Source of the DNA: Chrysomallon squamiferum
Taxonomy: Eukaryota; Animalia; Mollusca
DNA length: 64,000 nt
Direction of reading: 5' to 3'
NCBI GenBank assembly: GCA_012295275.1
Contig: CM022672.1
Location: forward strand, 19,778,001 to 19,842,000
Shown: one piece after another, positions 56,201-64,000 of the stretch
How the letters are laid out: every line of letters begins with the position of its first letter
Position numbering within the stretch: position 1 is the stretch's first letter
Program-made: the position numbers and the translations under genes
The notes under the pieces: model-generated
The model's input: only the letters and a program-made list of their open reading frames with translations
What the model was told of the DNA's origin: nothing
Database searches by the model: none

Positions 56201-56409
56201 GTTTTAAAAAAAAAGAAGAAGAAAAAGAAAATGTTAACTAATTAATTTACTGTGAGTCGAAGGCAAAATAAGATCATTTAATAGCTGACATTACTTGTCT
56301 GAGTTTTTGTTTTGTTTTGTTTTGTTTTGTTTGTATGGGTTTTTTAACAGATATTTACCGATATATTATAAACAGACAAAGGAGACAGACCGACAGACAG
56401 ACCGACAGG

Positions 56410-56543
<134 letters not shown>

Positions 56544-58032
56544 TAGGTAGAAAGATACGATAGACTGATATATGCTTACGTACATACGCACATACTTAAT
56601 ATACATAACACAAACGCACGACATAAATACACATACAAAAATACACAAGAGTGCACATATGACAAACTTACAAATTCTAACACAAATGCGTAAAAGTGCA
56701 CATACGACAGACACACAAAGACACAGACAGAGACTGGTACTTTGTTTCTCTTAATGTGGGAGTATTTCGCTGCGACGGTTTTGGAGCATTAACCGTCTAA
56801 CAACCTTCTTTCCCAGTTATTACACTTCTGATATATTCCTGCGTAATGGTGGCGTGGACGTTTGGCAGCCGATTCGCCTCTAAATGGTAGTCGGTCACTT
56901 AAGTGTTTCGGCTAATTTCCTTATTATCGGCTACAGATTTACCTACAAAGTAGGCCGAAATAATTGGCCGAGTCAAACGAGTGGGCAATATATTATCTCA
57001 TGGTTTATGCAGAACACCACTTCGTGACGTAGCCACTTTCTTTACGGAGATGTATGTGACAGGGGTAAGTTGCGTGAATGTTCGCGTAGAGGCGTGCAGA
57101 GGTGTTTGCGATACATTCAGATGTGAGCATTTAAAACAAGAATTCTCAAACGATTGCTGTTCATTTTACGCCATGCTAAAAGCAGAATGCTGTCTAGTGG
57201 TGTAAATAAAATCAGAGTTAAATGAATACAAAAGTGTTAAAATTAAAAAGTAACTGATTATATATAATCATTCAAAAAAAAGCTTCTGCAGTGTCGAATT
57301 GAAATCTAAAACAGTAATAAATAGTTTCTACTGCAGCAGCAATAATAGAATAATTTATAAGGATGGTGGTTATGTTAACATCGTCATCGTCATCATCGTT
57401 AACATCAGTATTATTATAATAATAAAATTATTATTATTATTTTTGTTATTATTGTTGCTGCTACTCTTACTGTTGTTCTCGTTTCTGCTTTTCTCGCGCA
57501 TGAAAATCGTCATCATTTTTCAATCAAACAAAACGATACGTCTCAGTAACAACACGATTTAGAAATATCAAACTGCTATGTGTTAACTGACATCTCTACC
57601 CTTTGTAAAATTATTTTACGATTATGTTATCCATAAGTACTCCGCACCCACAACCGACCCAAATTCTTCACTGGGAAACTAAGTCGGTAACCGAATAATA
57701 AACGGTCCAAACGACATCACTAAGCAGTGGTTTATCAAAAAGCCATTGGTCCACTTTGATATACAGTCCCCGCTGTATGTATATACGAATAAGCTATGGA
57801 TGTGATAGCTGAGTGTTCGGAGCAGGGTCATTCTGCGGTTAATAGAAAACTATGAATGCTACAATCTCCGAAAGCAGCTGAAAAATAATCTTGTGAGGAA
57901 TATTTGTGACTAGAATGCTTTGTATCGCTAGCTTCATTGCCAGCGTAATGATTTCTGAGTGGCTCGTAAATTGTTATTTTATTTTCGTTTTTATTCCACG
58001 GCAATGTTAACATCTATGAATATGCAAGTACT

Positions 58033-58033
<1 letters not shown>

Positions 58034-58126
<93 letters not shown>
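58034..58126. repeat. (AG)n microsatellite
   Basis: Direct reading. Confidence 0.95.
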
Positions 58127-58129
<3 letters not shown>

Positions 58130-58216
58130 AAAACAGATATGTTATCTGATTTTCTGTAACAGTATAAGACAAAACTGTATACAAATCCAAATTCACACAC
58201 ACAGGGACAAACACAC

Positions 58217-58321
58217 ACATACATACATACATACATACATACATACATACATACATACATACATACATACATACATACATACATACATACATACATACAT
58301 ACAAACATACATACATACATT
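58217..58321. repeat. (ACAT)n tetranucleotide microsatellite
   Basis: Direct reading. Confidence 0.95.
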
Positions 58322-59115
58322 CATACACCCACACACATATGCATGCATGAGTACAAATACACATATATTCCTTATTTTAAAATATTATTTTTATGTACTT
58401 CTCTTCCTCCCCGTCTCAGATCCACTCAGTAGCGATTTCCATATTTCCACTTGCAACAAATCATCTTCGGACTTGGTTGGGTAAATTGTAACAGAATGAA
58501 CGGTTTTACTAAGTGCCGTTGTATTGACATTTCGACTGACCTCATTCACTTGATCCCTTTTGCAAGCGTTGGTCATCCTTTGTGGTTCAGATGGAAGGAA
58601 ATGGGATGCCATTCAAACGGAGAGAGAAAACAAAAATCGCCTCCTGACGCTCTTTCCCATGGTTAGAGACCAACTGCCGACCAGATAACACATCGTGTCC
58701 GGTGTCTAACCCCTTGAACCAATTGTGCCGTTGTCCGCATGATGTACAGTGGATTCTTGTCAGTCTCTGAGAGCGATTTATTTTCCTTGTATCGTTGACA
58801 ATCAACTTTTCAACTTTATTTATATAAACTAAGTGGGCATATTTCATCCGATTTTACGATTCTTCGTAAGATGACAGGTCCAAGATGACCTTGGTGTTTG
58901 TTTGGATTGCTGTCAAAGCTGCAGTGTGGTTACTCTGTCATTGTTTATAATCTATCTATCTGTTATCTATCTATCTATCTATCTATCTATCTGTCTGTCT
59001 ATCTATCTATCTAGCTCTCTATCTATCTATACATTGATGTAGCCTTTGCTTCTGGTGGTGTATTATATCAGATTTAGCGTGTAATTTCTAACATTTTATT
59101 TTTGTTATTATTATT

Positions 59116-59153
<38 letters not shown>

Positions 59154-59161
59154 TTATTTAA

Positions 59162-59194
<33 letters not shown>

Positions 59195-60959
59195 TGCTTT
59201 TGTTATTTATTTATGTTTTTTAATTATTTTTTGTTTTGTTATTATAATACACACATCTGCGTAAATCAGTTTTCAGGAACATTTCTGCTAAAAATCAATT
59301 TTAATTAATTTCCAATCTTTTTTTTTTCTCAGTCTGTACAGACTTTCTCAAAAACAAGAAAACATGTTTATCCTCTCTCTCTATTTTTTCTTTATCATTT
59401 TCTTGACATCAGGTAATGGCAAGAATGAGAAGAAGAAACTGATCCTTCATAGCAAAAGAATTCAACACACTTTTAATCTTTAACTAAACTGAGATTTCAA
59501 CTAATTTGGTATAAAAAAAAAAAAAAAAAAACAACAACAACACAACAACAACAAAAAGAACACAACTGAAACCTTCATAAAATAATCAATAAGATCTACA
59601 TTATACGAATGCCTGCGTAACTAAATAGATTTATTTGTTAATTCGTATTAATCATATCTTTTCTCCTGTTCCTGCCTTCACGCTCCAAATGCTTTACACA
59701 GTCCTAAAACCAAAAAACAAATTAAAAAAAAAACAATTTTTCCGTTTTCTTTCGTCATCCCTCTAAATGCTGATCACAGAATAAATAAAAATTTAATTTT
59801 AAGGGAAAAACATATATGTCTGCTGTCAATAACGGTAATTGCTGACAAATACTTAAATAAGGCTAATGGCTGGGTAGTCTAGGAAATCGTGGAAAAATAC
59901 ACATAATTATCAGAAGGATTCGCAGATCTCAAAAGACCGGTAATAACAGATTGATGTACGAGAACGCCTCATTAATTTTAGTAAATATATACTGCACTGA
60001 CACCTGTATCGGTTTATTAATGATTTGTAAAAACATCGATCATTCCCCTTTTCAGAAATCGTTAAATATCTTGAAGGGAGAATTCAAATAACGCTGTCGA
60101 AAAATATTTATGATTTTAAAAAAAGTAAGAACAAATAACAAAAAAAAAAAACCCCAAAAAACCCACCCACAAGTATAAATAGGAAGAGAACGAAGAATCA
60201 CGAACAGTAAACATCGTTAGCAGATAAATAAATAAATAAATAAATATTAAATAAACGTGTAATAAATAATGATATTGAACTGAGTAAAATAAAATTATAT
60301 GATATAAGGTAAAAATTAAAGACCGAAAGTTATACTATTTTTTATAATGATATTATAATAATGATGATGACGACAACGATGATGATGGTGATGATGATTA
60401 GAAGGAAAGACGAACAGGAAGGAGGAAGAGAAGAAAAAGAAGAAACAAAACAAACAAGAGAAACAATGAAATGAAAACAAGAACAGAAAAGACACTAACA
60501 GACTCTTGGTTGTAATGTCAAGTTAACCTCAACCAGGTTCTTTTAAAAAAACAAAAAAAAAATACAATTTCGATACGCTTTGCTTAAAATCCGATTTCTG
60601 TCACTGAACCAGCTTTATATCTGTTTCAGAAAGAAAAAAAAAAAAAAAAAAAAAAAAACAATCGTTAAGACTAAATCATTCCACTGATTTCCGTTAAGCG
60701 TCAATTGTTTTACTTCTGAACCTACTCATTGCACAAACTGATCGTGTGCCAAAAAAAAAAAAAAAAAAAAGAATCACTTAATTCTAATTTTGTTTTCCTT
60801 GAAGTTCATCTCCAAAACGCATAGGAAATGGACGAGAATCACAAGCAGCTAACAAGCTGTTCAAAGTCTGTTCCACCATCACAAGCAATTAGCCTTGACG
60901 ACCCAGCTTTTCTTTTTCTTTAATTTTTTTTGCAGCGTTTTTAAACATTTGTTTGTCCT

Positions 60960-61792
60960 ATTTGAATGTTTTGTTACAGTTGTTTAACTTTTTGAATGAT
61001 TTGTTACCTGTTGTTGATCTTTTTTTAATGCTTTCTTACAATCGTTGACATTTTTTAATGTTTTGTTACAGTTGTCGACCTTTCTGAATGTTTTGTTACA
61101 ATTGTTGACCTTTCTGAATGTTTTGTTACAGTTATTGACCTTTCTGAATGTTTTGTTACAGTTGTTCACCTTTTCGAATGTTTTGTTACAGTTATTGACC
61201 TTTCTGAATGTTTTGTTACAGTTGTTGACCTTTCTGAATGTTTTGTCACAGTTGTTGACCTTTCTGAATGTTTTGTTACAGTTATTGACCTTTCTGAATG
61301 TTTTGTTACAGTTGTTCACCTTTTCGAATGTTTTGTTACAGTTATTGACCTTTCTGAATGTTTTGTTACAGTTGTTGACCTTTCTGAATGTTTTGTCACA
61401 GTTGTTGACCTTTCTGAATGTTTTGTTACAGTTATTGACCTTTCTGAATGTTTTTGTTACAGTTATTGACCTTTCTGAATGTTTTGTTACAGTTGTTAAC
61501 CTTTCTGAATGTTTTGTTACAGTTGTTAACCTTTCTGAATGTTTTGTTACAGTTATTGACCTTTCTGAATGTTTTGTTACAGTTGTTAACCTTTCTGAAT
61601 GTTTTGTTACAGTTGTTAACCTTTCTGAATGTTTTGTTACAGTTATTGACCTTTCTGAATGTTTTGTTACAGTTATTGACCTTTCTGAATGTTTTGTTAC
61701 AGTTGTTCACCTTTCTGAATGTTTTGTCACAGTTGTTAACCTTTCCGAATGTTTTGTTACAATTGTTGACCTTTTGGGATGTTTTGTTACAT
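60960..61792. repeat. 30-bp minisatellite (TTTCTGAATGTTTTGTTACAGTTGTTGACC), about 24 well-conserved copies plus degenerate edge units
   Basis: Direct reading, with a 1-bp T insertion near 61451. The array generates the NNCNKTFRKV and LLQLLTFLNV repeat ORFs. Confidence 0.97.
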
Positions 61793-62715
61793 TTATACAA
61801 ACTGATTGTTAAAGTCTTATCTATGGAAAAATATATTCTAAGTCGTTACTGATGGTTTCATGTTTAGTTAACGATAATATTATGAAACATACATACATAA
61901 CATGCATAGACTTATATACACACACACATACCCACATACATACATACATATATACATACATACGTACATACATACATACATACATACATACATAAGCACA
62001 GAATTACAAACAGAACATATATTAATCACAAAATGACAGATAAATATATAATACATAAACAGACAGACAGATACAAATTCACATTTCATTAACGGATTTT
62101 GCTGAGGCTAAAACCTGAAGTTTACTTCTGGCGCGACAGATGGATAAAACAGCTTATCACAGAAAACAGCAGGAAATTTAGCTGAAGTATAATCGAAGTG
62201 AAAACTGAAATGAAGTTCTCAGAACAAGGTAAATGGCGAGAATGGCGACGGTGAAAAAAAAAATGAAAAAAAAAAAAAAAAAAATATTTCTCATTTCCCC
62301 GTACTACTTGTTGTGTTATTTGTGAAGTGCGCCTGCTGGAAATGTGCTGGTACAAAATGACAGGTCTGGTAATTTGACGAGGGAAATGAAGTCATGTTGA
62401 TGAAAGTGAAATTTGCTTCAAATGGAGAAGAATTCGTGCTAGCTGATGTGGACCTGTTTTAAAACTCGGACAAGATGTAGAAATTGATGCGATGATCGAG
62501 CTCGTGTCTCTCTACAACTTTTGTCTGTGCACAAAATCTGGTTTCCTGTGCGAACTGACGTCTCGAGTGTTTGAGGTTTTTGTACGATGTTTCTGTATGC
62601 AAAATAAAGATCTTTTAAAATAAATGGTCTTTGGTCGATCGCATTTTGGTTTTCGTTTAATATTACAGTTCCTGCTGTTTCTGTTGTTGTTGTAGAAGAC
62701 TACGACAACAGTGAT

Positions 62716-62720
62716 AATTA

Positions 62721-62775
<55 letters not shown>
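62716..62775. repeat. (TTA)n microsatellite
   Basis: Direct reading. Confidence 0.93.
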
Positions 62776-63054
62776 GCTTAAATTATTTACTTGAAAAATA
62801 TATAAAAAAAATATATATTCCACAAACTGACATTAATTTTTATAATTAATTATTTTTTTTCGCAATTAAAATTCAGTTGAGAGTTAGTCGATATGGAAGC
62901 AGAGATGAAGAAAACGGAAAACTATCGTGAACCCGGCAAAGGACAGACCGAGATGCTGTAAGGTTCACCAAGCGTGACACACAAAGAATACGACGATGAA
63001 GATAATCGATACGATAGGGTTTTTTTCTTCTTTTTTTATTTTCCTTCTTTTTTA

Positions 63055-63085
<31 letters not shown>

Positions 63086-63717
63086 AATAAAATATTCGAA
63101 AGACGAGTTTATTATTATTAATTTTTTTTTATAATCCACTTTGAAAAGCTAAAAATGTCAAAAAAAAAAAAAAAAAAATGCATTAGTTTCATAAACTTCA
63201 AACAGAAACTGTCTTGTTGCTTTATTGCTGTTAAACGTTTATTACTGAGATTGATCATATGGTTTGACAAAATTCCTAGCTTAACATCTCTTGTATTATA
63301 TAATGCATTTTAATCGCATTGTATTAGTTTGTGTTTTTAGTAATGTTATTCTGCTCAATATATCTTCTAATCATAAACCATGAAATCCTAGCTCAACAGA
63401 GTTTATTTGAAAAATCGAATATATTCGGAAAACAATTTCAATTTATTAATTTAATTTATAAAAACCAGTTACTAGTTTATTTATGTAAATTAACTTATTA
63501 CATGTAATTTATCGTCATTTTATATATTTATTTATTTATTTATTTATAATTATTAATTTATTTATTGAATACTGCGAATTTTAATAATTGTAATTATTTT
63601 TCTTTTTATGTTTATGTTGAATATTGGTTTATTAAATAATTGTCATGGTTTTTAATTTATTAAAATTCAACAAAACTAACAATCATTTACACACACACAC
63701 ACACACACATAAACATA

Positions 63718-63771
<54 letters not shown>

Positions 63772-64000
63772 TACAGACAGACAGACAGATAGAGTATATA
63801 ATATATTAATCAAACTATATTTTGCAGAAAGTAAATAAATTTCAACATAATAATCTATCATTGTATTCAAAACCTTCAACTGTTTTTGCGTTATTATTTT
63901 TAGGTTTCAGTGAACGCTGTTGGTGTACAATATCAAATCGTCATCTACGATTACAACTAGCGCTGTCTGATGTTTGTATATTAATCACAGATGTTAATTT

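Noticed and set aside
60984-61852. Long ORFs (up to 255 aa; LLQLLTFLNV and NNCNKTFRKV repeats) as LRR-like or Cys-repeat proteins
   Set aside because: They are products of a 30-bp tandem repeat open in several frames on both strands, broken by a 1-bp insertion and lacking unique flanking coding sequence.

Overview
AT-rich eukaryotic (metazoan, most likely molluscan and possibly cephalopod) genomic DNA, dense in microsatellites and almost entirely non-coding. The only convincing protein-coding segment is a GC-richer minus-strand exon (39574->38804) encoding the N-terminus and TM1-TM5 of a class A neuropeptide GPCR of the leucokinin/lymnokinin (tachykinin-like) receptor family. It ends at a canonical phase-0 GT donor (AAG|gtaagt). 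I could not find the TM6-TM7 exon(s) in the 38.8 kb downstream, so the left part of the window is probably one very large intron. Non-coding structure includes a 273-bp hAT-type MITE with an exact 8-bp target-site duplication, three diverged copies of a short dispersed SINE-like repeat, a 28-bp x20 minisatellite, a 15-bp array, a 30-bp minisatellite with higher-order repeats, two old degenerate minisatellites and many simple repeats. Nearly all other listed ORFs are microsatellite artefacts or antisense shadows. I see no CRISPR array, RNA gene or autonomous transposase, and no well-supported evidence of a novel biological system; the findings are leads only.
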